41,764 nucleotides of DNA from Amoeboaphelidium protococcarum X5 (taxonomy: Eukaryota > Fungi > Aphelidiomycota): positions 188,648-230,411 of the forward strand of contig JALDTO010000135.1 of the NCBI GenBank assembly GCA_023515725.1. The letters run 5' to 3'. A program made the translations under genes and the position numbers. The first letter of the stretch is position 1. Each line of letters opens with the position of its first letter. The notes under the pieces are model-generated. The model had not been told where the DNA came from, did no database searches, and saw only the letters and a list, made by a program, of their open reading frames with translations. Of the stretch, positions 41,461-41,764 are shown one piece after another.

Positions 41461-41764
41461 TTAATTACTGCTAATATCGAAATTAAAGTACGATTAGGAG
41501 AATATAAATTGTTTACAATGAGCCTTTAGGGAAGTCGAGATATACACAATAGGTGGTGTGACACGAGCAGATCAATTTTATAGGTCAAGCATGTAATACA
41601 ATGCGTACAAACGATAATCACAATACTCTTAGTGTCACAATGTGTTAAAAATCCAAAAATATTAATTTGTAGTTACAAGATGCTATATCCAAAACTTATC
41701 TAAAATATAGGCTTCTCGCTGTGGCAGGTGTCCTTATGTCTATCATGTTTCCTCAAATAGTATT

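Overview
This is a gene-dense eukaryotic nuclear window that reads correctly only with a non-standard genetic code: TAA/TAG = Gln, with TGA the only stop (translation table 6). The supplied standard-code ORF track is therefore fragmented and many of its ORFs are antisense shadows. The fungal/opisthokont-like genes, short (about 50-63 nt) introns and TAR=Gln code fit an aphelid such as Amoeboaphelidium protococcarum (inference). Re-read by hand, the window holds about 30 genes, including a patatin C-terminus, mitochondrial DnaJ, ankyrin-DIL, TSPO, PNPO-like, bHLH, an ARM-like protein, tomosyn, a sugar nucleotidyltransferase, CoA-Nudix, Nem1-like, FYVE-RING, CRIB-WASP, Vps51, ceramidase, COG8, a coiled-coil/PH protein, DUF2985, Set9, Puf6 and several orphan or secreted proteins. 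Standout structures: (1) a 1,288-bp inverted duplication of a divergent H3-H4 pair; (2) an identical metazoan-style 6-bp-stem/4-nt-loop hairpin after both H3 and H4; (3) an H3 tail lacking one Ala just before K27; (4) a roughly 0.9-kb gene-bearing duplicate flanked by 33-bp direct repeats, with its donor locus identifiable; (5) Set9 fused to a PWWP-like domain; (6) a tandem pair of secreted Cys-rich two-repeat proteins. All coordinates and family calls come from manual reading, with no database search.
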